NCBI GenBank assembly: GCA_965248925.1
Contig: CBDFLE010000005.1
Coordinates: 1,440,001-1,504,000, forward strand
Reading direction: 5' to 3'
Origin: Candidatus Multivoradales bacterium
Lineage (GTDB): Bacteria > Acidobacteriota > Thermoanaerobaculia > Multivoradales > J023
DNA: 64,000 nt
The notes under the pieces are model-generated. The model ran no database searches. It was given only the letters and a program-made list of their open reading frames with translations, and was not told the origin of the DNA. Below are positions 19,034-28,320 of this stretch, piece after piece (position 1 is the stretch's first letter; each line of letters begins with the position of its first letter). A program made the translations under genes and the position numbers.

Positions 19034-19157
19034 ACATAGAAAGTGCCACAGCCTGGATTTTTTTAGCAGCGTCTGGCAAGAAAGTCGAACTTTTCCCCGA
19101 TTCTTCTGTGCAATCAACCTATTGATAACAAGCTACTGCTTTGGAATCAGTGGTTTA
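19034..19157 (-). promoter_or_regulatory. Sigma54-like promoter with two upstream IHF consensus sites
   Basis: TGGCAC-TTTCT-ATGT (GG-N10-GT, imperfect -12); AATCAACCTATTG (19112-19124) and AATCAGTGGTTTA (19145-19157) match WATCAR-N4-TTR. Confidence 0.45.
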
Positions 19158-19282
19158 AGACGTATAACTATTTACATAGGACATGCTCTGGGCGTTTAGC
19201 CAAATCTCCCTTATCCGAGGGCTTGGCGAAAGTTACTCCTGGCCAGATCTTGGCCACCAGTATCCCCTCGGGCCGCTCCTCC

Positions 19283-19711
19283 TCAATCGTCCCACTTGGC
19301 CGGCTTCGAGCGCTCTCGCTTGCGCTGGCTACGATGGCGCTTATCCTCCAGTCGACGTCGCTCGACCCGCCGCGACTTGCGGGTTGGGCGGCGCGTAGTG
19401 GGCAGCTCCAGGGCACCGCTCAACAACTCGACAAAGCGCTCTACGGTGGCTTCGCGATTGGCCGCTTGACTACGGTGACGCTGGCTGCTGACCGACAGCA
19501 CCTGCTGCCGGTTGATCCGTGTTGCCAGCACCTCGATGAGCCGCTGCCGCTGTTCCTCATCGAGGCTCGGTGAGCCGCCGACATCGAACCGCAGGGTCAT
19601 CCGGCTGCTGGTCTTGTTGACGTGCTGGCCACCAGGTCCGGAGCTGCGCGAGGCGGTAAAGCTGAGCTCGCTCTGAGGAATTTCCAGGTCGGGCGAAATC
19701 TGAATCATCAC
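19283..19711 (-). CDS. arfB: Alternative ribosome-rescue peptidyl-tRNA hydrolase
   Basis: SRSSGPGGQHVNK GGQ motif, RSQAANR, basic C-terminal tail. Confidence 0.93.
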   Translation of the reverse strand: MMIQISPDLEIPQSELSFTASRSSGPGGQHVNKTSSRMTLRFDVGGSPSLDEEQRQRLIEVLATRINRQQVLSVSSQRHRSQAANREATVERFVELLSGALELPTTRRPTRKSRRVERRRLEDKRHRSQRKRERSKPAKWDD

Positions 19712-19806
19712 AGTTCTCCGGGGTTCGAGGTGCGGGTACCTATGTTATGCAATAGGAACCGCCACGAGTTCCGTTCGGGGTCCACTGATCCGAGGAGAGT
19801 CTGCCA

Positions 19807-20856
19807 ATGCCTAGCGCGCCACCGCCGCCGATCGATATCGAAGCCGTCCTCCACCTCCCGCCCTCCCTACCCACTGGCAAGTCGCTCGGCCGTTCGCGCC
19901 AAGGCCGGGAGATCTTCGGCTACCACTTCGGCCACGGGCCACGGCACGTCAGCCTGATCGCCGGCTGCCATGCCGACGAGCCGGTGGGGCCAGCAACCCT
20001 CGACCGGCTGGTCGCCCATCTCGCCGCGCTGCCCGCCGACCATCCGGCCCTGGCCGACTACTCCTGGTACCTGGTGCCGCACGTCAACCCGGACGGCGAA
20101 GCCCGCAATGCTGCTTGGAGCAACGCTGGCGACGGCCTCGACGGAGTCTACGACCTCGCCACCTACCTGCGCCAGGTAGTGCGTGAGGCACCGGGCGACG
20201 ATGTCGAGTTTGGCTTCCCCCACACCCCGGACGATCAGGATGCGCGGCCGGAGAACCTGGCGCTGGCCCGCTTTCTGGCTCCCGCCGCCCCTTTCGTGCT
20301 GCACGCTTCGCTGCACGGCATGGCATTCGCCGCCGGGCCCTGGTTTCTGCTCGAGCATTCCTGGGCAGCGCGCAGCGCGGCCATGCGCCACCGCCTGCGA
20401 CAGCAGGTCAAGGAACTGGGCTACGTCACCCACGACATCGACCGCGGTGGCGAGAAGGGCTTTCACCGCATCGATGTCGGTTTCACCTCCCGCCCCGATT
20501 CGGTCGCCATGCGCGCTCACTTCGAAAACCTCGGCGACTCCCGCACCGCTGCCCTGTTCCGTCCCAGCTCGATGGAGTATGTGCGCAGCCTCGGAGGCGA
20601 TCCGCTGACCTTGGTCTCCGAAATGCCTCTCTTCATCCTGCCGGCACGGCATTTCGCTGGCCGCGATCCAATTCGCCCCGCCGCCGTGCAGCAGCTGCTG
20701 CAGTGTGCGGCGGCGAATGACCTGGACGGCCTGCATCGCCACGCCACCGCGGCCGGCTTGCGGGCGATGCCGCTGCTCGACCAGAGTCGCTTGCAACTCG
20801 CCTTCCTCGCCGAAGGTCTGGCGGCGGTAGCGAGTGCGCACTTTGAATGCGCCTGA
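19807..20856 (+). CDS. M14-family zinc carboxypeptidase-like protein
   Basis: LGRSRQGR, GCHADEP, VNPDG, SLHG zinc-binding motifs. Confidence 0.8.
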   Translation: MPSAPPPPIDIEAVLHLPPSLPTGKSLGRSRQGREIFGYHFGHGPRHVSLIAGCHADEPVGPATLDRLVAHLAALPADHPALADYSWYLVPHVNPDGEARNAAWSNAGDGLDGVYDLATYLRQVVREAPGDDVEFGFPHTPDDQDARPENLALARFLAPAAPFVLHASLHGMAFAAGPWFLLEHSWAARSAAMRHRLRQQVKELGYVTHDIDRGGEKGFHRIDVGFTSRPDSVAMRAHFENLGDSRTAALFRPSSMEYVRSLGGDPLTLVSEMPLFILPARHFAGRDPIRPAAVQQLLQCAAANDLDGLHRHATAAGLRAMPLLDQSRLQLAFLAEGLAAVASAHFECA

Positions 20857-20957
20857 GACATCGCCATGAATTCTCTTTCAATCAGTGAATTTCTGCTTTA
20901 TAAGAAAAATTAGACCAGACGAAAGAATTTGATTACGCCTTATTACCGTCTTACGCT

Positions 20958-21791
20958 ATGGCTCTGATGAGCCTGCCACTGAGCCTTTCCGAAACCTTCA
21001 ACGGTCAGCTGCAAACCGGTCGCCAGCTGATGGCCAAGAGCCGTCGCCGGCCGCGGCGCGGCGCCTTCTCCACCGCCTCGCCGGCCTTTGACCGGCTGCT
21101 CGCCGGGGGTCTCGAACGGGGTGCTCTGGTGGAACTCGTCGGGCGCGCTTCGAGCGGTCGTTTCTCCCATGTGCTGGCGCTGCTGGCGGCGGTCACCAGC
21201 ACCGGCGAAGGGGCAGCCCTGATCGATCTGGGCGACAGCCTCGATCCCCGCGCCGCCGCTACCGGCGGCATCGACCTGCGGCGCTTGCTGTGGGTCCGCC
21301 CCGAGCATATGAAAACCGCTCTGGCCAGCGCCGAGACGATTCTCGAGAGCGGCCTCCCCCTGCTGGTGATCGACCTCGGCCTGCCACCACTACGCGGCGG
21401 CCGGGGTGCCGAAGCGGCCTGGCTGCGACTCGCCCGGCGAGCCCAGGCGCGGGGGGTGGCGTTGCTGGTGTCGAGCCCTTATCGAGTCAGCGGCACGGCG
21501 GCCCACACGGTCCTCGAAACACGCCGCGAGCGGCTTAATTGGCAAGGCTGGCAAAGCCGCACGTTGCTGCTGAGTGGCTTCGGCAGCCGCATCGAGCGCC
21601 TCAAGGGACCCCGTCTACGCCCCGGCGAGAGTGCCGCTTTCGCTCTGCGAATGGCCGCGTCTCCGACCCCCGCCAGTGCCACCGAGTCGGCCTCGACGGT
21701 CAGCCGTCCCGAGATCGACGGGCGCCGCCGGATCTTGCACTTACCCACCACCCAAGCCCAACCTCCTGCGGCCCACCGGGCCATTGCCTAA
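20958..21791 (+). CDS. imuA: ImuA/RecA-like protein
   Basis: DRLLAGGLERGALVELVG, degenerate P-loop, GIDLRRLLWVRP; upstream of imuB. Confidence 0.8.
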   Translation: MALMSLPLSLSETFNGQLQTGRQLMAKSRRRPRRGAFSTASPAFDRLLAGGLERGALVELVGRASSGRFSHVLALLAAVTSTGEGAALIDLGDSLDPRAAATGGIDLRRLLWVRPEHMKTALASAETILESGLPLLVIDLGLPPLRGGRGAEAAWLRLARRAQARGVALLVSSPYRVSGTAAHTVLETRRERLNWQGWQSRTLLLSGFGSRIERLKGPRLRPGESAAFALRMAASPTPASATESASTVSRPEIDGRRRILHLPTTQAQPPAAHRAIA

Positions 21792-21825
21792 GCCGCGGAC
21801 CCGTGCCATCCACCGTCCCTCCACC

Positions 21826-23370
21826 ATGTCCTCATCACGCATCGCTTGCCTGCGGGTTCCTCTCTTTCCCTTGGCGGCACGATTGCGCAGCGAGCCGGAA
21901 CTCACCCAGCAGGCCCTCGCCGTATTTGCTGGCAACGGCGCCACCGCGCGGGTAGCGGCAGCGACCCGTGACGCCCGGCGTGCCGGCATCCGTCCGGGAC
22001 TCACCCTGTCGCAAGCCCGCGCTCGCCTACCGGGGCTGATCGCCCGAGCCCGCGATCCGGAGTGCGAGCGGGCCGCCCAACAAGCTTTGCTCGACATCGC
22101 CGAAAGTTTCTCCCCGCGGGTCGAAGATCCGGGTGAGGGCCTCGCCTATCTCGACATCACCGGCCTCAATCGCCACTACCCCGGCGACACGCCGGAGCAC
22201 GATCTGGGGCGGGCGCTGATCCTCGCCCTGGAACGGCGCGCCAGCTTGCTCGCCCGGGTGGGCGTGGCGGCCAGCAAGCTGGCGGCGCGGGTCGCTGCCG
22301 GCCAACCTCAATCCCCGGTGGTGATCCCGGGGGGCGAGGAAGCCAGCTTCCTCGCCCCCCTGCCACTGACCCGCCTGACCCCGCAGGCAACCCTGCTGAG
22401 CACCCTCCAAAGCTGGGGAATCCGCTCGGTGGGTGATCTTGCCGGCCTGCCCAAAGACCAAGTTGCCAGCCGCCTGGGCAGTGGCGGACAAGAACTCCAT
22501 GCCATCGCCCGCGGCCTCGATCCCAATCCCTTGGTGCCCCGCCAACCGCCACGGGTGCTGTGCGAAGGTTTGGAACTCGAGTGGCCGCTGGTGCAGGCCG
22601 AACCCTTCTTATTCGTCGCCCGTGCCGCTCTCGAACGACTCAGCGAGCGGCTGCGAGCCAGCGCCCTGGCCTGCCAGCGGCTGGAACTGGTCTGTCAGCT
22701 CGACCCCGAGGGCCACCACCAACGCTCGATCGCCTTGCCGGCGCCAACCCGCGAGGTTAAAACCCTGCTCACCCTGCTGCGGCTGGATCTCGACGCGCAT
22801 CCGCCGCCGGCACCGATCGTCGCCTTCAGCTTGAATGCTCATCCCGACTCACCCCGCCGCGCTCAGCTCAACCTCTTCGGCCCGCCGGCCTTGTCGCCCG
22901 AGCGTCTCGGCAGCACCCTCGCCAGGCTCTTCGCCCTGCTCGGCGACGGCCGTGCCGGCTCCCCCACGACCCACGACAGCCACTGCCCGACCGGCTTCTC
23001 GCTGGTCCCTTTCGATCCCCCACCGCCCCCCGACCGCGAACGCTCTCCCCGCGCCGGTCGCGGCTTGCTGATGGTGCGCGCCCTGCGACCGGCGGTTGAA
23101 CTCGAAGTGCTGGTCCATGGCGGCTCGCCCCAAGCCGCCGGCCGGCCACTCAAACTCGAGGCCATCACTGTCGAGGAGGGCGTCCGCCGGCCACGCATCG
23201 TCGGCGCGGTGCGAGTCGCCTCCGGACCTTGGGCCTTGGAGGAGGGCTGGTGGTCGGAAGAGCCCGTCGAGCGCGACTACTGGGACGTCGAACTCGCCAC
23301 CGGTGGTCTCTACCGCATCTTCCGCGACCGCAGCACCGGCGACTGGTTCGCCGACGGCGTGTACGACTGA
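21826..23370 (+). CDS. imuB: ImuB, inactive Y-family polymerase
   Basis: AGIRPGLTLSQAR, FSPRVE, clamp-binding QLNLF, C-terminal GPW..EGWW...RDYWDV...WFADGVYD. Confidence 0.88.
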   Translation: MSSSRIACLRVPLFPLAARLRSEPELTQQALAVFAGNGATARVAAATRDARRAGIRPGLTLSQARARLPGLIARARDPECERAAQQALLDIAESFSPRVEDPGEGLAYLDITGLNRHYPGDTPEHDLGRALILALERRASLLARVGVAASKLAARVAAGQPQSPVVIPGGEEASFLAPLPLTRLTPQATLLSTLQSWGIRSVGDLAGLPKDQVASRLGSGGQELHAIARGLDPNPLVPRQPPRVLCEGLELEWPLVQAEPFLFVARAALERLSERLRASALACQRLELVCQLDPEGHHQRSIALPAPTREVKTLLTLLRLDLDAHPPPAPIVAFSLNAHPDSPRRAQLNLFGPPALSPERLGSTLARLFALLGDGRAGSPTTHDSHCPTGFSLVPFDPPPPPDRERSPRAGRGLLMVRALRPAVELEVLVHGGSPQAAGRPLKLEAITVEEGVRRPRIVGAVRVASGPWALEEGWWSEEPVERDYWDVELATGGLYRIFRDRSTGDWFADGVYD

Positions 23371-23413
23371 GCCCATCGGTTGCACTTTGGCCACCGCCGG
23401 TGTCCAAAGAAGC

Positions 23414-24307
23414 ATGAGGCACCGAATCTTCCCCCTGCGCTGGCCCCGCGACCCCCGGCTCTACCAAATCGGCATCTTGTCGAGCTTGCTGCTCTACGGC
23501 CTTATTGGCCTCGATCTAGAGATCCGACCGGAGATTGCCACGACCTTGCTGATGACCGCCCTCACCAGCCAATGGCTGGCTACTCAGCTGTGGCGCCTGC
23601 CCCGCTTCGATCCGCGCAGCGCGCTGATCACCGGCCTGTCGCTGGCGCTTTTGCTGCGCACCCAGAGCCCCCTGCTGGCGCTGCTGGCGGCGAGCCTGGC
23701 GGTGCTCAGCAAGTTTGTGATCAGGGCGCGCGGCAAGCACATCTTCAATCCCGCCAACTTCGGCTTGGTGACGCTGGCACTGCTGACTAGCTGGCTCGAT
23801 CTCGAGCGGGTCTGGGCTTCGCCCGGACAGTGGGGGTCAGCGGCCTGGACGGTGCTGCTGATCGCCGGTCTGGGCATGGTGGTGGTGCGCCGCGCCGAGC
23901 GTAGCGACATCACCTGGGGGCTGCTCGGTGCCTGGGCGGCAGTGCTCTTCGGCCGCGCTCTGTGGCTCGGCGATCCGTGGGCGATCCCGCTCAAGCAGCT
24001 GGGTAGCGGTGCCTTCCTGATTTTCGCCTTCTTGATGATCTCCGACCCCAAGACCACTCCCGACCGGCGCTCCGGCCGGCTGCTCTACGCCGCCCTGGTG
24101 GCAGTAGTTGCCGGGTGGATCGAATTCTCTCTCTATCGACCGAACGGCCTGCTACTAGCTCTCTACTGCTGCGCGCCGCTGGTACCGCTACTGGACCTGC
24201 TGTGGCGCGGTGTCGCCTATCGCTGGCCGTCAACCAATAACCACCCACCAACCCTCCCCATCTCCGCGGCCGGCCGCCGGCTGCTCGAAGGAGCTGAACA
24301 TGTCTAG
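23414..24307 (+). CDS. Stand-alone RnfD/NqrB-like membrane protein
   Basis: DPRLYQI, SALITGLSLALLL, KHIFNPANFG, FLMISDPKTTP. Confidence 0.82.
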   Translation: MRHRIFPLRWPRDPRLYQIGILSSLLLYGLIGLDLEIRPEIATTLLMTALTSQWLATQLWRLPRFDPRSALITGLSLALLLRTQSPLLALLAASLAVLSKFVIRARGKHIFNPANFGLVTLALLTSWLDLERVWASPGQWGSAAWTVLLIAGLGMVVVRRAERSDITWGLLGAWAAVLFGRALWLGDPWAIPLKQLGSGAFLIFAFLMISDPKTTPDRRSGRLLYAALVAVVAGWIEFSLYRPNGLLLALYCCAPLVPLLDLLWRGVAYRWPSTNNHPPTLPISAAGRRLLEGAEHV

Positions 24308-25658
24308 AACGATCCGCAACTTACTCGCCCCCGCCCTGCTGCTGGCCTGCGCCCCCGCTCTCTACGGTTTCTGTGGCTTCTACGTCGCCAAAGCCGATAC
24401 CGGGCTGTTCAATCAAGCCTCGAAGGTGGTGCTGGTGCGCGATGGCCAGCGCACGGTGATGACCATGGCCAATGACTTCCAAGGCGAGCCAGATGAGTTC
24501 GCCATCGTCATCCCGGTGCCGACCTTCCTCGAACGGGAGCAGATCCACGTCGGCGAGCGCGCGGTCATCGACCACCTGGACGCCTACACCGCCCCCCGGC
24601 TGGTGGAATACTTCGACCCCGACCCCTGCCGGCGGGTGCTCTACGAACAGCTCAGGCGCAGCAGCAAAGCTATGCCCGCGGCCGGAGTAGCCCGCCAAGA
24701 CGCCGCCGCCCGCAGCCTGGGGGTGACCATCGAAGCGCGTTACTCAGTGGGTGAGTACGACATCTTGATCCTCTCCGCCAAGGAGAGCAACGGCCTGGTG
24801 CGCTGGCTTGAAGGCAGTGGCTACCGGCTGCCCCAGGGCGCCGAGCGGGTGGTGTCGAGCTATCTCAAGCAAGACATGCGTTTCTTCGTCGCCAAGGTCA
24901 ATCTAGAGCAGCAGGAGCGCCTCGGCTACCGCTTCTTGCGACCCCTGCAGGTGGCCTATGAGTCGCCCCGCTTCATGCTGCCGATCCGCCTCGGCACCCT
25001 CAACGCCCGTGGTGAGCAGGAGCTCTTTGTTTTCGCCCTGACCCGCACCGGACGGGTCGAGACGGTCAACTACCGCACCGTCAAATTGCCTACCGGCATG
25101 GATATTCCACCCTTCGTCAAGAGTAAGTTCGGCTCTTTCTACAAAGATATGTTCGCCCAGCAGGTGGCCGAGCAGCGCAATGCGGTATTTCTCGAATACG
25201 CCTGGGACATGGCCTGGTGCGATCCCTGCGCGGCCGAGCCGCTGAGCCGCCAGGAACTCGCTGAACTCGGCGTCTTCTGGCTCGGCAATCCCCTGACCTC
25301 AACCCGCCGGCCCGACATCGTGCCGCAGCCACGGCCGCAGAACGTCTTCGTCACCCGGCTTCATCTGCGTTACACCGGCGACACTTTCCCCGAGGATCTA
25401 CGTTTCCAAGAGACCGGCGACCGCACCAATTTTCAGGGCCGCTACGTGCTACGCCAACCGTTCAAAGGCGCCGCCAGCTGCAGTGCCGCGGGCAGCTATT
25501 TCCAGCAAGTTGCCGAGCGCCAGACCCGTGAGGCCGAGACCCTGGCCAACCTCACTGGCTGGGACCTGGCCAAGATCCACCTCAAGCTCGATCTGCCTCG
25601 GCCGACACCAGTCGATAGCGGCGAATCGTGGTGGAAGAGGCTGTGGCCGGGGAATTAG
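24300..25658 (+). CDS. Secreted DUF2330-domain protein
   Basis: Signal peptide then FCGFYV; TAPRLVEYFDPDPC; EYAWD..WCDPC; FVTRLH. Confidence 0.85.
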   Translation: MSRTIRNLLAPALLLACAPALYGFCGFYVAKADTGLFNQASKVVLVRDGQRTVMTMANDFQGEPDEFAIVIPVPTFLEREQIHVGERAVIDHLDAYTAPRLVEYFDPDPCRRVLYEQLRRSSKAMPAAGVARQDAAARSLGVTIEARYSVGEYDILILSAKESNGLVRWLEGSGYRLPQGAERVVSSYLKQDMRFFVAKVNLEQQERLGYRFLRPLQVAYESPRFMLPIRLGTLNARGEQELFVFALTRTGRVETVNYRTVKLPTGMDIPPFVKSKFGSFYKDMFAQQVAEQRNAVFLEYAWDMAWCDPCAAEPLSRQELAELGVFWLGNPLTSTRRPDIVPQPRPQNVFVTRLHLRYTGDTFPEDLRFQETGDRTNFQGRYVLRQPFKGAASCSAAGSYFQQVAERQTREAETLANLTGWDLAKIHLKLDLPRPTPVDSGESWWKRLWPGN

Positions 25659-25665
25659 GTCGGGC

Positions 25666-26874
25666 TCAACCCCACTCGCGAGGATCGAGCAACATGGGCA
25701 GCGGAGTTAGATTCTCGAGCCCGTCTGGGCCCAGGTGGTAGAGGTTCTCCAGCCGCACCGCCCAGCCGGCCTCGGGCTCGTAGAGGCCCGGTTCCAAGGT
25801 AAAGACATCGCCAACCTCCAACTGGCCACTGGCCCCCTCGGCTTCACGACGAAAGCTGGGCAACTCGTGAACCTCGAAACCAACTCCGTGCCCCAGGCCG
25901 TGGACGTAGCCACGGGTGGCTCCGGGGTCGCTGAGCGGCGTCGGGTGACCAGCGACGGCGAAGTGAGCGCAAACCGCCTCTTGCAGCTGCCAACAATCGG
26001 CCTGCTCGACCGCCAGGCTCTCGGCCAGCTCGATCGCCGCCCGCACCGAACGGTAACCGGCAGCGAGTTCTGCCGAGGGTTCCCCGACGCAGAAGGTGCG
26101 GGTGCAATCGGCATACATCGATCCGCGGGGAAATAAATCGACCACCAGAGACTCGCCCGCCCGCAGCAGGCGCTGGTCACTGCCGGTGTTGTGCGGCACG
26201 GCGCCTTCTTCGGCCGCCGCCAGCAAGCTGCCGTGCGGCTGCTCCAGACCGGCCGCGGCAAGCACCATCGCCACCGCCCCACGCAAGCGGCCAACACTGA
26301 GGGGTCGGCCCTCTAGATGCAGCTCACCCCTTACGGTTTCGGCGGCCGCCAACAGCTCGGCGACCATCTCGAAAGCCTTCATCGTGCCAGCCGCGGTACG
26401 CTGGATCTCGGCCAGCGCCGCGGGCGATTTTCGCTTTCCCAACCGCGCCACCAACTCGGCGCCGGGCGCAAAGTGCCAACCGTGTTGCTCCAGGCGGAGA
26501 CAAGCGGCGTGCAAATCGCCAGCGTCGGCATGGCCGGCCAGCGCCAACCGCCCCGGCCCCAAACCGGCGAGGCGAAATGCCTGGGCGAGCACATCGGCCC
26601 ACAGCTCATCCTCGCCCGACGCCTGGCGCGCCCAGCGGACCACGTCGAGTGCTTCGGGAGAGAGCAGGTCGAGCCCGGTGGAGGCCGCTTCTTGGCGCTC
26701 CATCGGACTCCAATAGGCGAGTAGCGGCGGGCGGGCGGACGCCGCCAAAACAAAACAAGTGCCGAGATGAGCGCTGCCGACAAAGGGTGCGATCAGCGGG
26801 TCGCGGCCGCTGCCGGCCACCACCAGCAAGGCGTCTAACGAGCGCTCGGCGAGCAACTCGTCCAGGCCAGTCAT
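25666..26874 (-). CDS. M24-family Xaa-Pro aminopeptidase
   Basis: VPH, DLFP, YADCTRT, HGLGHGVG..VHE, TLEPGLY, VRLEN. Confidence 0.9.
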   Translation of the reverse strand: MTGLDELLAERSLDALLVVAGSGRDPLIAPFVGSAHLGTCFVLAASARPPLLAYWSPMERQEAASTGLDLLSPEALDVVRWARQASGEDELWADVLAQAFRLAGLGPGRLALAGHADAGDLHAACLRLEQHGWHFAPGAELVARLGKRKSPAALAEIQRTAAGTMKAFEMVAELLAAAETVRGELHLEGRPLSVGRLRGAVAMVLAAAGLEQPHGSLLAAAEEGAVPHNTGSDQRLLRAGESLVVDLFPRGSMYADCTRTFCVGEPSAELAAGYRSVRAAIELAESLAVEQADCWQLQEAVCAHFAVAGHPTPLSDPGATRGYVHGLGHGVGFEVHELPSFRREAEGASGQLEVGDVFTLEPGLYEPEAGWAVRLENLYHLGPDGLENLTPLPMLLDPREWG

Positions 26875-26891
26875 CGGTTCTATGCTTCTCT

Positions 26892-27221
26892 TCAGGCGTT
26901 GCGTTCGATGAACTGCTCGAAAGTGCTTTTCGGCATCGCGCCCATCATCCGATCCTTGGCTTCGCCGCCCTTGAAGAGGATGAAAGTGGGGATGCTGGAG
27001 ACCTTGAACTGCACCGCTAGATCCTGATTGTCGTCGACATTCACTTTGGCGATCCGCACCTTGCCACCCATCTCGTCGGCGATCTCCTCGAGAACCGGCG
27101 CCACCATCCGGCAAGGGCCGCACCAGGAGGCCCAGAAATCCACCAAGACCGGAGTCTCGGAGTTGACTACTTCGTCTTGGAAATTCGCTCCGGTCAGTTC
27201 CACGATTTTCTCGCTGGCCAT
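26892..27221 (-). CDS. trxA: Thioredoxin
   Basis: VDFWASWCGPC active site, SIPT. Confidence 0.96.
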   Translation of the reverse strand: MASEKIVELTGANFQDEVVNSETPVLVDFWASWCGPCRMVAPVLEEIADEMGGKVRIAKVNVDDNQDLAVQFKVSSIPTFILFKGGEAKDRMMGAMPKSTFEQFIERNA

Positions 27222-27309
27222 CTTCATGCTCCTTCGCGGGCAGTATGTCGTCCGGGAGTTGCCCGGTTTCTCTGTAGGTTTCGTCTTTGACGGAAGCCAG
27301 ACGGGGCGC

Positions 27310-28284
27310 TCAATCGGCGGTTTCGTCGTCTTCCTGCAACTGTAAACGTCGGCGAGCGGCAAAGTATTCTCGGGTGGCCTCGACATCGCGACTTATTTGC
27401 GCCGAGAGATCCATAACGGTGGCGAACATTTTCTCCTCCCGCAGCCTTTTGTGGAAGGACACTTCGACCTCTTCGCCATAGACATCGGCGCTGAATCCAA
27501 GAATGTGGCTCTCCACCACGCGCTGGTAGTTTTCGTACACCGTCGGCCGCGTGCCGACGTTGGTCACGCAGTCGAAGGTGGCCGGGAACGACGGAAAATG
27601 AGCCTGTCCGGCATAGACCCCGTCGCCGGGCACCAGCTCGTTCTTGGGCTCCAGATTGATCGTCGGCCAACCCAGCCGCATGCCCATGCGATCGCCACGA
27701 GCAACTTTGCCGCGCAGGGAATAAGCACGGCCGAGTAGCTCCATCGCCAGATCCATCTGCCCTTCGATAACCAATCGTCGAATCCGCGTGCTGGAAATCA
27801 CCTCGCCATGGCAACTCAGCTCCTCGACCCCAAAGGCAGCAAAACCAAGCTCGCCACCAAGCTCGCTGAGCAGCTCTAGATCGCCCTCACGTCCATGGCC
27901 GAAAACAAAATCGGAGCCGACGTAGAGTTCCTTGATCGCCAACTTCTGATGCAGGAAGTCGGTGATGAATCGCCGCGCCGGAGTACACGCTACTTCGTTG
28001 TTGAAACGCACTAGCAAGAAGGCATCGAGGCCAATCTCGGCGAGCTGCTGCTCACGCTGAGCCGCGGTGGTCAGCAGCCCTGGCGCCGATTCCGGACGCA
28101 GCACACTCAGCGGGTGGGGGTCGAAGCTGATCGCGATCGCCTCGACCCCCAGCTCGGCAGCGCGCTCGACAACCTTGCCGAGCACCGCCTGCTGACCGCG
28201 GTGCAGGCCGTCATAGTTGCCGATCGTCGCCACCGCTCCGTAAGGCAGATCGGCGCTGCGCAGCGCATCGTGGATAATTTGCAT
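27310..28284 (-). CDS. ribF: Bifunctional riboflavin kinase/FAD synthetase
   Basis: IGNYDGLHRGQ, ISSTRIR, LGWPTIN, NVGTRPT, VESHI. Confidence 0.95.
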   Translation of the reverse strand: MQIIHDALRSADLPYGAVATIGNYDGLHRGQQAVLGKVVERAAELGVEAIAISFDPHPLSVLRPESAPGLLTTAAQREQQLAEIGLDAFLLVRFNNEVACTPARRFITDFLHQKLAIKELYVGSDFVFGHGREGDLELLSELGGELGFAAFGVEELSCHGEVISSTRIRRLVIEGQMDLAMELLGRAYSLRGKVARGDRMGMRLGWPTINLEPKNELVPGDGVYAGQAHFPSFPATFDCVTNVGTRPTVYENYQRVVESHILGFSADVYGEEVEVSFHKRLREEKMFATVMDLSAQISRDVEATREYFAARRRLQLQEDDETAD

Positions 28285-28320
28285 GGCTTGGTCGAGGGTC
28301 GAGAGAAGTCGTGATGAAAG

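Noticed and set aside
18795-19079. 94-aa minus-strand ORF
   Set aside because: No SD or recognisable domain, and it overlaps the promoter-like box; a structured RNA explains the region better
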